This document shows, piece after piece, positions 20,582 to 30,779 of a stretch of 64,000 bases of DNA (its first letter is position 1; the number at the start of each line of letters is the position of its first letter). This stretch comes from an uncultured Methanomicrobiales archaeon (GTDB taxonomy: Archaea > Halobacteriota > Methanomicrobia > Methanomicrobiales > Methanospirillaceae): positions 128,001 through 192,000 of the forward strand of contig CAVWXH010000003.1 in assembly GCA_963758915.1 (NCBI GenBank), written 5' to 3'. Under the pieces are notes generated by a model. It had not been told where the DNA came from, made no database searches, and worked only from the letters and a program-made list of their open reading frames with translations. The translations under genes were made by a program, and so were the position numbers.

Positions 20582-20636
20582 AAGGCGGGCACGTTTCCTT
20601 TCTGTTTTATGATGCGTATCGGATCATCTGCATATA

Positions 20637-21794
20637 TCAGAGTTTTATCCGGGCAAATTCGATATAATGAATGCCTGCAGTATGTACGCAGCCAAACAAC
20701 ATCTTCTTTTTCACACTGTGCGAGAGGCGGACTGAACGGGAAATGGTGCTCATCGGCATTGCCCCGGCGGTGGCAACAGCGTGCACGAGCATCTCAGAGT
20801 GGACCTTTGTCCCGGTATACACCCTGAAATGGTGCCCGAACTTGTAACCGGTCTTCGGGGTATAGCCGTGCGCACGCAGATCACTGTAGACCAGTACCTT
20901 TTCCCCCATTTCCAGGTCTGAAATTGTTGCAATCTCAAGGTATTCGTCCATGGTAACGGGTTTTCCCTCGCAGAGAAGCACGAGGAGCCCTGCCTGCATC
21001 AGGTAAAGGGTCTCGAGCGATGACAGGACTAACCGTGTACGGTCGAACCGCATGCCGAACGAGCCGGTCAGGGAACCGGAAGATCCCGGGATCGGGGTTT
21101 CGGAAGATACGCAGGGGAGGTCGGAGGTTGTCCTCTCCTGTATACCCTGCCGGGATACTGCTGATGAGGTCCCGGATCCTTGACCCGGTGGTAAATCATC
21201 CGCCGGCGGGACACCTCTCATGTCATCAGGGGCAGGAAGAACGGCGGATCTTCCAAATAACGTACCTTTCAAAGGGCCAGGGGTCACGGGAGGTCCGATC
21301 TCAGGGAGGGACTGAACTTTGATCTCGTAGTAGGTGAGTTCATTTTCGTCATCAACCACAGCGAGAACGTGTTGTTTTCTCATATGGGCAGATGCTGAAA
21401 ACTCCCGTACCAGTACACCGAAATCGATCATATCACGTTCTGAAAGGACACGGACCATGTACTTCGACTGCCCGGTACCGGGCCGTTCTCCCCGGCGAAA
21501 AACCCTGAAATCGTGGGGCCCGGTCTGTACCGCATACCCCCTCTCACGGAGGTCCCGGTACACGAGATAACTCCGCAGAAAGTTAGGTTCTGTTGTAAAC
21601 GCAGATAATAACCGTTCAAAATCATACCCGGGGATTTCAATACGGTTCCGGTGGATGAGATAGAGTGCCTCAACCGGGGCAAGGCGGAGCAGTGAGCCAT
21701 CCTTCTCCGGCCTTCCATACCCGCTCTGCTCGTAGAGAACCCTTGCATCTTTTCCAAGCCGGACTTCCTTACCGTCGAACTGCGCTTTCACGTC
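20637..21794 (-). CDS. endA: tRNA-intron endonuclease (alpha2 type) with an expanded linker
   Basis: Two repeats: VYRDLRERGY..TGPHDFRVF and the catalytic VYSDLRAHGYTPKTGYKFGHHFRVY...HSE...VRLSHSVKKK. Probable GTG start. Confidence 0.92.
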   Translation of the reverse strand, partial: DVKAQFDGKEVRLGKDARVLYEQSGYGRPEKDGSLLRLAPVEALYLIHRNRIEIPGYDFERLLSAFTTEPNFLRSYLVYRDLRERGYAVQTGPHDFRVFRRGERPGTGQSKYMVRVLSERDMIDFGVLVREFSASAHMRKQHVLAVVDDENELTYYEIKVQSLPEIGPPVTPGPLKGTLFGRSAVLPAPDDMRGVPPADDLPPGQGSGTSSAVSRQGIQERTTSDLPCVSSETPIPGSSGSLTGSFGMRFDRTRLVLSSLETLYLMQAGLLVLLCEGKPVTMDEYLEIATISDLEMGEKVLVYSDLRAHGYTPKTGYKFGHHFRVYTGTKVHSEMLVHAVATAGAMPMSTISRSVRLSHSVKKKMLFGCVHTAGIHYIEFARIKL

Positions 21795-22021
21795 CAGTAT
21801 GAATACGTTGTATTCCTTTATAAGTGACAACACCGCCGGACGAAGGGTTTGCCGCTGCCCGGAATGCAGGCGTCCCTGTTTTCAGGGGCTGATTACACAT
21901 TTTTTTCTTGGCTCTTTCCGGACCTCTAAATCAAAACCCTGCTGATTTACAGTCCTTCATCCATACAATATAAGTCTGGGCATCCATTCCGCGACCGGCG
22001 GGTATCCCCCTTGCGGGCGCA

Positions 22022-22642
22022 CTATGATTTCCGGGTTGCATGAAGATACCCGAGGAGCCCGAGCGGGGCCTGGCTCGGCATATAATCGATCTGGAAATGG
22101 TAATTATTGCTGATATAATCAAGGAACCGGGGATTGGGAGGGCCGCTGATGGGGGGAAGATGGAGTTCCATTTCTATCCGGCGGATACCCGCAAGCTCAT
22201 GAGGATCTATCAGCCACTCTGCCCCTTCACAATCACATTTAAGAAAATCGCACCCTCCGGTCATTCCGATAAGCGTTTTCAATGTAACGGTCTGCATGTT
22301 CCTGCTTACCCCGTCCCAGGTAATACCGGTAACATTCCCGCACCCTAATGCACAATCCAGGACTGTTACAGAAACCCCGTTCAGTCTGATGTTTTTCTTC
22401 AGGATTTCCTGGGTAAGGGGTTCGACCGCGTAGACAAAATCAGAATAATATGCCGCCCTGATACAGAAGGCACCGACATTTGCACCGATATCAACAACGA
22501 TATCATCCTTCCTGATATCGGAAAACCGGTATTCGGGAACTTCTAAAATCTGGCGGTACCCGGCGGGCACATTTATAAACTGGATATGGTCACGCGCAAC
22601 GGTAACGGGTGGTTCAGGACCTTGCTCACAAAAATCTTTCAT
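22022..22642 (-). CDS. FkbM family methyltransferase
   Basis: VVDIGANVGAF and FLKCDCEGAE motifs. Confidence 0.85.
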   Translation of the reverse strand: MKDFCEQGPEPPVTVARDHIQFINVPAGYRQILEVPEYRFSDIRKDDIVVDIGANVGAFCIRAAYYSDFVYAVEPLTQEILKKNIRLNGVSVTVLDCALGCGNVTGITWDGVSRNMQTVTLKTLIGMTGGCDFLKCDCEGAEWLIDPHELAGIRRIEMELHLPPISGPPNPRFLDYISNNYHFQIDYMPSQAPLGLLGYLHATRKS

Positions 22643-22724
22643 ATCCCCGGCATCCGGACGGGTCGGGGTATTGTCAGCCCCGATATTCCGAACAGCAGTG
22701 TTTTCCGATCCGGGACGCACAGTT

Positions 22725-23615
22725 TTAATCTCCTGCGGGTTTAATAGCCTGTTTTTCCTTAATAAAGGTCCCGTTGCGATATTCAAAAAATGCCTGCCGG
22801 AGCTCTTCCTGCGTATTCATTACAATCGGACCGCCCCAGGCAACAGGCTCCCGGAGGGGCTTCCCGGTGAAAAGCAGGAACCTGAATGGCCCTTTATGAG
22901 AAACGGCATTCACCAGGTTACCATCTCCGAAGAGAAGCAGATCACGGTTTTCGACGGGAGTCCCGGGAATATCCCCGAAAATACCTGCCCCGCCGATCAC
23001 GTAGGCAACCACGGTATCTCCATTTCGTACCGGGCAGGTGAACTCCGCCCCGTCTTCCATGCTGATATCAAAATAGGAAGGGGAGGTGATGATATCCTGC
23101 ACCGGTCCTTTCACCCCGCCTAGTTCACCGCAGAGGACCTTTACCAAAACCCCCGGTGAAGGCGTTGCGGTTGGTACCTTTCGGTCTTTGACCTCCTGGT
23201 AACGGGGCCCCATCATTTTATGGGACTTTGGCAGGTTCACCCAGAGTTGAAACCCACCCATCCGGCCATGTACGGCCTTTGGCATTTCCTGGTGAATAAT
23301 CCCCGACCCGGCAGTCATCCACTGGATATCCCCGGCACCTACAACCCCGGAATTCCCCATGCTATCCCCGTGTTCAACTTTTCCTTCAAGCATATAGGTA
23401 ACGGTCTCGATACCGCGGTGCGGATGCCAGGGGAACCCGGGAAGGTAATCATGGGGGTCATCACCGGCACGGAAATCGTCAAGCATAAGGAACGGGTCAA
23501 AACGTGGGGCTTCGCCATAACCGAATGCCCGGTGAAGGTGTACCCCAGCCCCTTCAATGGTTGCATATGCCCGCAATACCTGTCCGACATGCCTCACCTG
23601 TACCATACAGGACAA
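22725..23615 (-). CDS. Pirin family protein
   Basis: EGAGV, DPFLMLD, GFPWHPHRGIETVTY, QWMTAGSGIIHQE and GPIVMNT motifs. Confidence 0.95.
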   Translation of the reverse strand: MSCMVQVRHVGQVLRAYATIEGAGVHLHRAFGYGEAPRFDPFLMLDDFRAGDDPHDYLPGFPWHPHRGIETVTYMLEGKVEHGDSMGNSGVVGAGDIQWMTAGSGIIHQEMPKAVHGRMGGFQLWVNLPKSHKMMGPRYQEVKDRKVPTATPSPGVLVKVLCGELGGVKGPVQDIITSPSYFDISMEDGAEFTCPVRNGDTVVAYVIGGAGIFGDIPGTPVENRDLLLFGDGNLVNAVSHKGPFRFLLFTGKPLREPVAWGGPIVMNTQEELRQAFFEYRNGTFIKEKQAIKPAGD

Positions 23616-23699
23616 GGGGATTATTATCCCATGAATTTTTGTATTGAAATTATACCCTTTTTTTGCAGGCTGACCGTTGGGAATTGGAACGGGGCCGGT

Positions 23700-24768
23700 T
23701 CATTCCCCTCTCCCATAATGCATGGTAAAAAGCGCAAGGTACTCATCGGCATAACAGGTTGAATCACACCGGATAGTAAATTCAGGGCCGAGTTGTGAAG
23801 AGAAGAGCTCATTCCACTGGCTTCGCAGCATGTGGTAATCGGTGCGTACCCCTCTCTTTTGGGTCATGATGGAGACCAGTTCGGTCATCAGGAACGAGTC
23901 CACGCAGTCAGTGACCACGTCAACGGGAGCATCGTGGGCATAGACAAAGTCAATAATTCTCCCGTAGGACTGGTACACGGATACGGCAAGATCCGGTGAA
24001 TAGAGTTCGGGAAAATCGTTGTTTGCATCGAGCTCAAAAAGCAGGAAATGGTTAATCCATGGTTTTAACTGGGAAATATTGGCCCTTTTATCACAGGCAG
24101 GCATGTGGTGATAGGCCAGCGAGTCTGAGTGCAATATCATAGCGGTGGTCGATACGGCAGGAAAAATCCTGGATCCTGCAGTTTTCGGTCCTGATAAGGG
24201 TGTCGGGAAAGGCATCGGTAACAGTATTTTTTGCAAGGTTTATCATGGCTTCTGAAGGGTCTACCAGCAGTACTTCCCGGAGTTCGTCTATCCTCCCGAT
24301 ATCCAGCAGGTGGGAGAGGAGCCGGACGGTCAGTGCACCGTCCCCGCACCCGATATCCATGAAGGAGATGGGTTTCGTAAACCTTGGCAGCGTATGACCG
24401 GCCTGCCGGATGAAGTTCGTACGTGCCTTCATCATGACAGGGACACTGGCAAAGTGAATAAATGGCCGGGGGTCTTCAAATGCAAGGGCGGGCATAATAA
24501 GTTCACCGTTGTGTCGTTCCAGGAACCCAAGAAGAAACGTGGATGAAAACAACCCGTCCTCTTCATTCAGCGCCCCGGAACGGAGCCATTCAACAGCCAG
24601 GCGGTTGTTCCCCCTGGCTGCAAGGAGTGTCCCTGCATAAAAATGAAAGGCGGACTTGAGGTTTTCCCGGACATCCCCAATGAAAGAACCGGGGGGGATA
24701 TTCTCTTTTAAAATGTCACGGGAGAATCCAGCCCATTGTTTTTTTTCGTTTTCTGATAGAAACAGCAT
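23700..24768 (-). CDS. Class I SAM-dependent methyltransferase (frameshift near 24125)
   Basis: FMDIGCGDGAL motif I lies in 24091-24768, and SLAYHHMP continues in the 23700 frame. Confidence 0.75.
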
Positions 24769-24953
24769 AGTTCACCCTTGTCCCTGGAATGGGGAGTTAC
24801 TGCACCTGATGTTTTTAAACTGATTTTTCAGGACTCATAAGCATTTGGAAGTGTCACGCTATTGTTGCTGTACCAGACGGTCCGGAAAAAGAAACCAGCA
24901 CCATTTTAAAAAACACGGGCCAAGAATTTATATAAATAATTCGGGTAACCGGT

Positions 24954-25880
24954 GTGAATGTACTAATTCTCGGGGCAGGGGCAGTGGGTCTTGGAATCGC
25001 TGCAAAACTATCAGAAGTAGTCGGGGTAACAGCATTAACCAGGGAGGGGCCTGCAGGGACCATTGCAGAACATGGCCTTACACTTGAAGGGGCATGGGGT
25101 AACGGAACATACAGGTTCCCCTGCAGCAGCAAGCCGCCGGCTGGCGTGCATTTTGATTATATCCTGATCACCACGAAGGCCTATAGTACACAGGAGTTGT
25201 GCAGGTGTTATGCGGGATTGCTCCGGAATTCCGAAGTGGTCAGTCTGCAGAACGGCCTCGGGTCCGAGGAAATAATCTCGGGTTTCACGGAAAGCGTGAT
25301 TGGGAGCGTCGTTATGACGGGTTTCATACGCCGGGATGAGCACTGTGTGCATGTTACTGCAAACGCCGGAGAGACCATTTTTGGAAGATTCCCCGTTGGA
25401 ATGGACAAATCAGTTCAACAACTGGTAGAAATTTTTTCAGAGGCGGGTATCCCTGCGAGGGGAGTCGTTGATATTAAAAGCAATTTGTGGTCTAAAAACC
25501 TTATCAGTTGCACGTTAAACCCGATTAGTGCGGTCCTGGGAGTCAGGTATGGTATGCTTACCCGGGATCCGGGCTGGCAGATCATCGAAGGCATTACACG
25601 CGAGGTTTTCCTGGTTGCTGGTGCAGAAGGAGTGCCCCTCCTGTGGGAAAACCCGGAGGACTACCTGGCGTACCTGAAAAATGAACTCATCCCGGTTATG
25701 TCCACCCATACCTCTTCGATGCTGCAGGATATCACATTCAGGAGAAGGACAGAGGTCGGTTTCATGAACGGGGCCATCAGCAGGTTTGGAGAAAAACACG
25801 GGATAGCAACCCCTTACAACGAATGCCTGACGAACCTTGTGCATTTCAGGGAGCAGGAACACATGGAACCCGGGGTTTGA
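24954..25880 (+). CDS. panE: Ketopantoate reductase (PanE/ApbA family)
   Basis: ILGAGAVG, TTKAY, SLQNGLG, LWSKN and SSMLQDI...RTEV..MNGA motifs. Confidence 0.9.
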   Translation: MNVLILGAGAVGLGIAAKLSEVVGVTALTREGPAGTIAEHGLTLEGAWGNGTYRFPCSSKPPAGVHFDYILITTKAYSTQELCRCYAGLLRNSEVVSLQNGLGSEEIISGFTESVIGSVVMTGFIRRDEHCVHVTANAGETIFGRFPVGMDKSVQQLVEIFSEAGIPARGVVDIKSNLWSKNLISCTLNPISAVLGVRYGMLTRDPGWQIIEGITREVFLVAGAEGVPLLWENPEDYLAYLKNELIPVMSTHTSSMLQDITFRRRTEVGFMNGAISRFGEKHGIATPYNECLTNLVHFREQEHMEPGV

Positions 25881-25889
25881 AGCGGCCTG

Positions 25890-26927
25890 CTATTTTAAAA
25901 ATTTTAATACCGTCGCAGCCCACGTGAATCCGATAGCACTTCCCGCGAGCACCACGAGATTCCCCGGCAGCACCCGCCTTTCTTCACGTGCCATGGCGAG
26001 AGCAAACAGGGTATCCACAGAACCCATATGTCCGTACTCTTTCATCGTTATCATAGTCCGGACCGGGTCAAGGCTGAGACCTGCCATGATATTTGCTGTC
26101 AGGCTCCGTTTGACCTGGTTCATGAACAGGTGATCAATATCACGGGAAGAATACCCGCTTTTTCTCAGTGCTTCGTTGATGATATACAGGTAATTTTTCA
26201 GGTAGATACGGGAAAAGATCTGGTCGAGACCTGCCGGGTCATCCACACATAAAAAATAGTCATTTTCATGAAGTGGAGGTTCTGACGGGGGGTTCTTCGT
26301 CCCTCCGTGGGGGATTTTTACATGATCAACGAGCGTTCCATCTGTAATACCGGCATACGCGAGGAACCGGTTACTTTCATTGTTTTTACGAAGGACCGCT
26401 GCCGCTGCCCCGTCTGCAAATGAGAAACCGGATAGAGAACCTGGGTCCCGGTAATTGATTGTCATGGAGAGCTTCTCGCTACATACCACAAGGGCATACT
26501 CTTTCTCAGGATCGCCAAGCAGGAGCTCTTTTGCGGTATGCAACCCAAGGTTTCCGCCATTGCAACCGTTCCTGATCTCAAACGCGTATGCATTTTTTGC
26601 ACCTGTTTTGTCCTGTATTTTTGCAGCAGGCGACCAGAACCGGTAATCATAGTAGCCGAGACCGCAATATGCCACAAGGTCAAGCTCCCGTGGATCTATC
26701 CCTGCATCTTCAATCGCATTATTTGCTGCATGAACCCCCATTTCTGCAGGATGAAGGCCAGGGCCGGCGATATGTTTCCTCTCGATCCCTATCTTCTCCA
26801 GAAACACGGATTCGGGGATCCCGGAACGCCTGGACATCTCCTTGCTCGTAAGGATGCCGTCGGGAATGAAATATCCCATTCCTGAAATACCGACAGTATC
26901 CCGGTAGGAAGGCCCTTGTACAGACAT
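25890..26927 (-). CDS. 3-oxoacyl-ACP synthase III (FabH-like/thiolase-fold) protein
   Basis: KIGIERKH, catalytic NGCNGG, FADGAAA, YGHMGS and GFTWAA motifs. Confidence 0.88.
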   Translation of the reverse strand: MSVQGPSYRDTVGISGMGYFIPDGILTSKEMSRRSGIPESVFLEKIGIERKHIAGPGLHPAEMGVHAANNAIEDAGIDPRELDLVAYCGLGYYDYRFWSPAAKIQDKTGAKNAYAFEIRNGCNGGNLGLHTAKELLLGDPEKEYALVVCSEKLSMTINYRDPGSLSGFSFADGAAAAVLRKNNESNRFLAYAGITDGTLVDHVKIPHGGTKNPPSEPPLHENDYFLCVDDPAGLDQIFSRIYLKNYLYIINEALRKSGYSSRDIDHLFMNQVKRSLTANIMAGLSLDPVRTMITMKEYGHMGSVDTLFALAMAREERRVLPGNLVVLAGSAIGFTWAATVLKFLK

Positions 26928-27114
26928 GTATCACCAGTTCCGGTACAACCCATGTTGTTTTCCGGTGTTAGTATGAATATTCCCGGGATGCGTCATAAAA
27001 ACAGCGGGTTCACTCCATTTCCGGCCTTTAAATTGTCCGATCCATGTTTTTCCCCGACAACTTTATGACCTGCGGGTTTTTCTACCGGTCTCTTCAGATC
27101 GGGGAATTTTTATC

Positions 27115-28515
27115 ATGAACAATAGATCTGTGTTCATGGAAATCAACATCCTCCAAAGTCTGATCACGCTCTTCCAGATGATATGCGTGATCATCGTTTT
27201 TGCATACCTTTTCACCAGGAGCAGGTATTTTCTTGAAGTCCTCGAACACCATCCCCGGCTCTCAACCCAGCTCCTCCTTATTGTTGTATTCGGGGCCCTG
27301 TCAGTGTACGGGACCATTAGCGGGGTTGTATTATACGGTGCAGTGCTCAATGTCCGTGACCTCGGACCTATTATTGCAGGGCTTACCTGTGGGCCCGTTG
27401 TAGGGGTTGGAGCAGGGCTTATCGGGGGTATATACCGGATGGCGCAGGGCGGGCCCTACATGTACACGGGATTCGTTGCCCCGGTCCTTGCAGGGCTTCT
27501 CAGCGGGATAGTCTATGTCGTGAATAAAAAGGAGCTGATTTCCAGTAAATATGCCGTTATTTTTACCATCCTCGTTGAATCGTTAATATCCCTCATAGCG
27601 ATCGTTGTCGCTACCCCGGCATCACAGGTCGTAATGATCATCACCGTCGTGGCAATACCGATGATTGCCATTAATGCGCTTGGAGTGTTCATTTTCACGA
27701 CCATCATCCACAACCTGCTGAACGAGCGGAAGACCCGCCGGGAGAAGGAAAAGCTTGAACACGAGATCGCAAGAAAGAACGCAGAACTTGAAATTGCCGC
27801 GGACATACAGCGCAGTTTTCTCCCTGAAACAATTCCCCAGATCAAAGGGTTTGATATTGCTGCGACCAGTCTTCCTGCAAAAGAGGTGGGGGGTGACTTT
27901 TTTGATGTCGTCCCCCTTGAAGTGATCCCGCTTTCCGAAAGTCGTATGGGCATACTGATTGCGGATGTTTCCGGGAAAGGGGTCCCTGCAGCCCTGTTCA
28001 TGGCTCTTTCCCGGGTTATTGTGCGGGTATCGTCCACCTGGTTTAAAATTCCATCAGAAATAATTGCCCATGCCAATGTAATTATTTCAGCTGATGCCAA
28101 GACAGGGATGTTTGTCACCCTTTTTTACGGGGTCCTCGATGAAAAAGAGAGGAAACTGACCTATGTCAATGCCGGTCATAACCCACCGATAATTTTTCGT
28201 GGGAACAGCGGAAAGACAGAGGAGCTTGAATCAACGGGTGTCGCTATAGGTATCATGGATGATGCGGCGTATTCACAGGCTGAAGTCGGACTCTCACCGG
28301 GGGATATCGTCCTTCTTTACACGGACGGTGTAACAGAGGCAATCAACGAGAATGAGGAGATGTTTGAAGTTGAACGCCTCATGGACACAATTACAGGTGC
28401 ACCTTCTGGTCAGGCAAGTGAGATTATGGAGAATGTTATCAGGGCAGTCTTTGCATTCAGCGGAAAGACACCCCAGTATGATGATATCACCCTGATGGTT
28501 GTCAAGGTGCTCTGA
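27115..28515 (+). CDS. Membrane sensor (5TM LytS-type) fused to a SpoIIE/PP2C phosphatase
   Basis: NVRDLGPIIAGL..GP..G.GAGLIGG.YR membrane domain; EVGGDFFD, IADVSGKG, NAGH, YTDGVTEA and DDIT phosphatase motifs. Confidence 0.93.
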   Translation: MNNRSVFMEINILQSLITLFQMICVIIVFAYLFTRSRYFLEVLEHHPRLSTQLLLIVVFGALSVYGTISGVVLYGAVLNVRDLGPIIAGLTCGPVVGVGAGLIGGIYRMAQGGPYMYTGFVAPVLAGLLSGIVYVVNKKELISSKYAVIFTILVESLISLIAIVVATPASQVVMIITVVAIPMIAINALGVFIFTTIIHNLLNERKTRREKEKLEHEIARKNAELEIAADIQRSFLPETIPQIKGFDIAATSLPAKEVGGDFFDVVPLEVIPLSESRMGILIADVSGKGVPAALFMALSRVIVRVSSTWFKIPSEIIAHANVIISADAKTGMFVTLFYGVLDEKERKLTYVNAGHNPPIIFRGNSGKTEELESTGVAIGIMDDAAYSQAEVGLSPGDIVLLYTDGVTEAINENEEMFEVERLMDTITGAPSGQASEIMENVIRAVFAFSGKTPQYDDITLMVVKVL

Positions 28516-28598
28516 TTAGCCTGTAAAAAGACTATTTTTTTGCTCTGTTGAAAAGCTATAATAGGCACCCAGAATCCTGATTTTTCTGAAATTTATCT

Positions 28599-28752
28599 AC
28601 GCTCTCGGGGCTCACGCCCCGCCGCTCTGGAGACCCCGGTTGAGATAGAGACTATCCCCCAATACTCTGAAATTAATGAGCCTTCGGGAAACCCTGCCCG
28701 AAGAATATCTTAATGGGGGTGGGGCAGGGAGGGGGTGAAACCCCCTCCTGTC
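28599..28752. repeat. ~150-bp structured dispersed repeat, copy A (MITE/REP-like or ncRNA)
   Basis: Highly similar to 30454-30603. Terminal hairpins GGGGC-tcac-GCCCC and GAGGGGG-tgaaa-CCCCCTC; internal hairpin CTTCGGG-N8-CCCGAAG. Confidence 0.85.
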
Positions 28753-28944
28753 AAGGTAGCACCACTTGCTATAACACAATGCAGGATAACAGCAGAGCCA
28801 TTTTTCCGGCAAATAGGGGCAGGGAGGGGCCCTTATAGTGTATTCCCCGATCCGCAGTCCTTTGTTCAGGCGGCATTTTTAATGGTAGCACCGGTGAGAC
28901 TGGCAGCTTTCACAGGCCCGTTCATTATCATTGAACTCCGGAAT

Positions 28945-29787
28945 TTACCCGGCGAGTTCCCTGACTTTTGCGATATTTCCCGCATCATCCCGCCGGGCAT
29001 CAACAGGGGTCTCGCAGACAAGGGGGAGACGGGAAAATGGTTCGTGCCTGAGTATTCTCCTGAACCCTGCTTCGCCGATGCTTCCCATCCCGATATGCTC
29101 GTGCCGGTCAAGACCGCTGCCAAGCTCTCCCTTCGAATCGTTACAGTGGATCACCCGGATTTCTCCAAGCCCGATTACCTCGTCAAATCTTCCGGTTGTC
29201 CCTTCAATCGCATCATCGGTGCGGAGGTCATAACCAGCCCCGAAAGCATGGCATGTGTCAAAGCAGACCCCGGTACGGCGGCGGTCCACAACACCATCCA
29301 GCACAGCTCTGATGTCTTCGAAGGTATTACCCACCCCGTTCTTTTCACCTGCCGTATTCTCAAGGAGCAGCATCACGTCATTGGGAACTTCACCAAGAGC
29401 CTGGTTAATTGCGCTGATGACATTCTTCCTGCCTTCTTCTATGGTCATTCCAGGGTGATGGCCAAGGTGGGTGACCAGGTATGGGATCCCCAGCTGCCCA
29501 CAACGCCTGAGTTCAGCGGTAAGCGTAGCAATGGATTTTTCGTAGTGTTCCGGGTTTGGCCCGGCAAGGTTGGGGAGATAGGGCATATGGTCGACAGGTG
29601 GAAATATTGAAGTTTTCTTCAGAGCGTCCCGAAAGGCCTTTATATCTTCTTCTGCGAGGTCTTTCCACGCCCATCCCCTCGGGTTCCTCGAAAAGATCTG
29701 GAATGTGTCAGAGGAGACCACCTCCGCCCGCTCTACGGCTTTTGCAATCGACCCTGCGATTGATACATGTACACCAACCTTCACCAT
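28945..29787 (-). CDS. nfo: Endonuclease IV (deoxyribonuclease IV)
   Basis: GVHVSIAG, QIFSRNPRGW, HMPYLPNL, LLENTAG, CFDTCH.F, HCNDSK and DRHEHIG motifs. Confidence 0.96.
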   Translation of the reverse strand: MVKVGVHVSIAGSIAKAVERAEVVSSDTFQIFSRNPRGWAWKDLAEEDIKAFRDALKKTSIFPPVDHMPYLPNLAGPNPEHYEKSIATLTAELRRCGQLGIPYLVTHLGHHPGMTIEEGRKNVISAINQALGEVPNDVMLLLENTAGEKNGVGNTFEDIRAVLDGVVDRRRTGVCFDTCHAFGAGYDLRTDDAIEGTTGRFDEVIGLGEIRVIHCNDSKGELGSGLDRHEHIGMGSIGEAGFRRILRHEPFSRLPLVCETPVDARRDDAGNIAKVRELAG

Positions 29788-29821
29788 GTTGCGACTCTCC
29801 TCAATGTGCCGGTATATTTTG

Positions 29822-30355
29822 TTACCGGTTTTCTGTTACCTTTGCTGCATTCTTTTTTTCAAATAATACTGGCAGGCTCTTTGCCCACTCCTTGATCATG
29901 TCCCAGTCCCGGAAATCCCCTGCGGGTGCTTTCATGAGGGATATCATGGTTTTCGTCATAAACGAATGTTGTGCGGGGTCCAGTTTCCCGGCAAACACCT
30001 TCGCCGCCACCAGGTTTGCGGGTCCGACCATGCCGCGGAGTTGTTCTTCAAGGGCTGCAGACGACCCGATTTTCGGGTTTACCGGCGCCAGTCCCACCGC
30101 AAATGCTGCAACGGGAATTGTTTTCAACCCGTTTTTATTCCTTTCGACAAATTTCCGGAGATGATCATCGATATGCCCCGTATATACCGGAGCCCCCATA
30201 ACCACCGCATTATAACCTTCAGGCGCGGATACGTCCTTGAAATGGGAGACCCTGACCTGGTGCCCCCCTGCTTCCAGTTCTTTCCCGATGGCCGATGCAA
30301 TTTCCTCTGTTGATCCCTTCCTTGATGCATAGGCAACCAGTATCTGCATAGACAA
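29822..30355 (-). CDS. Flavodoxin-domain protein (HemG-like)
   Basis: LVAYASRKGSTEEIA, GAPVY and GDFRDW motifs. Confidence 0.88.
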   Translation of the reverse strand: MSMQILVAYASRKGSTEEIASAIGKELEAGGHQVRVSHFKDVSAPEGYNAVVMGAPVYTGHIDDHLRKFVERNKNGLKTIPVAAFAVGLAPVNPKIGSSAALEEQLRGMVGPANLVAAKVFAGKLDPAQHSFMTKTMISLMKAPAGDFRDWDMIKEWAKSLPVLFEKKNAAKVTENR

Positions 30356-30453
30356 TGTTGTACTCCCGCGGAAAATTAAAAGGTGTCCATATTTGCGCTC
30401 TGTAGAAATTCTCTCAAATCTATCTTGTAGATTGGTAATTCCAAAATTTCGTC

Positions 30454-30603
30454 ACGCTTCCGGGGCTCATGCCCCGCCGCTCTGGCGACCCTCGGTTGGG
30501 ATAGAGACTACCCCCCATTACTCTGAATTTAATGAGCCTTCTGGAAACCCTGCCCGAAGAATATCTTAATCGGGGGCAGGGAGGGAATGAACCCCCTCCT
30601 GTC
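30454..30603. repeat. ~150-bp structured dispersed repeat, copy B
   Basis: Same orientation as copy A. Shared blocks include gccccgccgctctgg, gatagagacta and ggaaaccctgcccgaagaatatcttaat. Confidence 0.85.
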
Positions 30604-30779
30604 TTCGTATTTCCCTCTTATTTTTTACACACCGAAGGGTTTCAACAAAGCGTGCCATGAGCCTCTGGCTCATAGATGGGCATGAAAAAATTGGCATTTC
30701 AGATTGTTTTGCCGGAGTTTTTCATACAAGCCCTTATTTGAAAAAAAGGCGAATGAAGGGAACTGGTTCACACGGGGAT

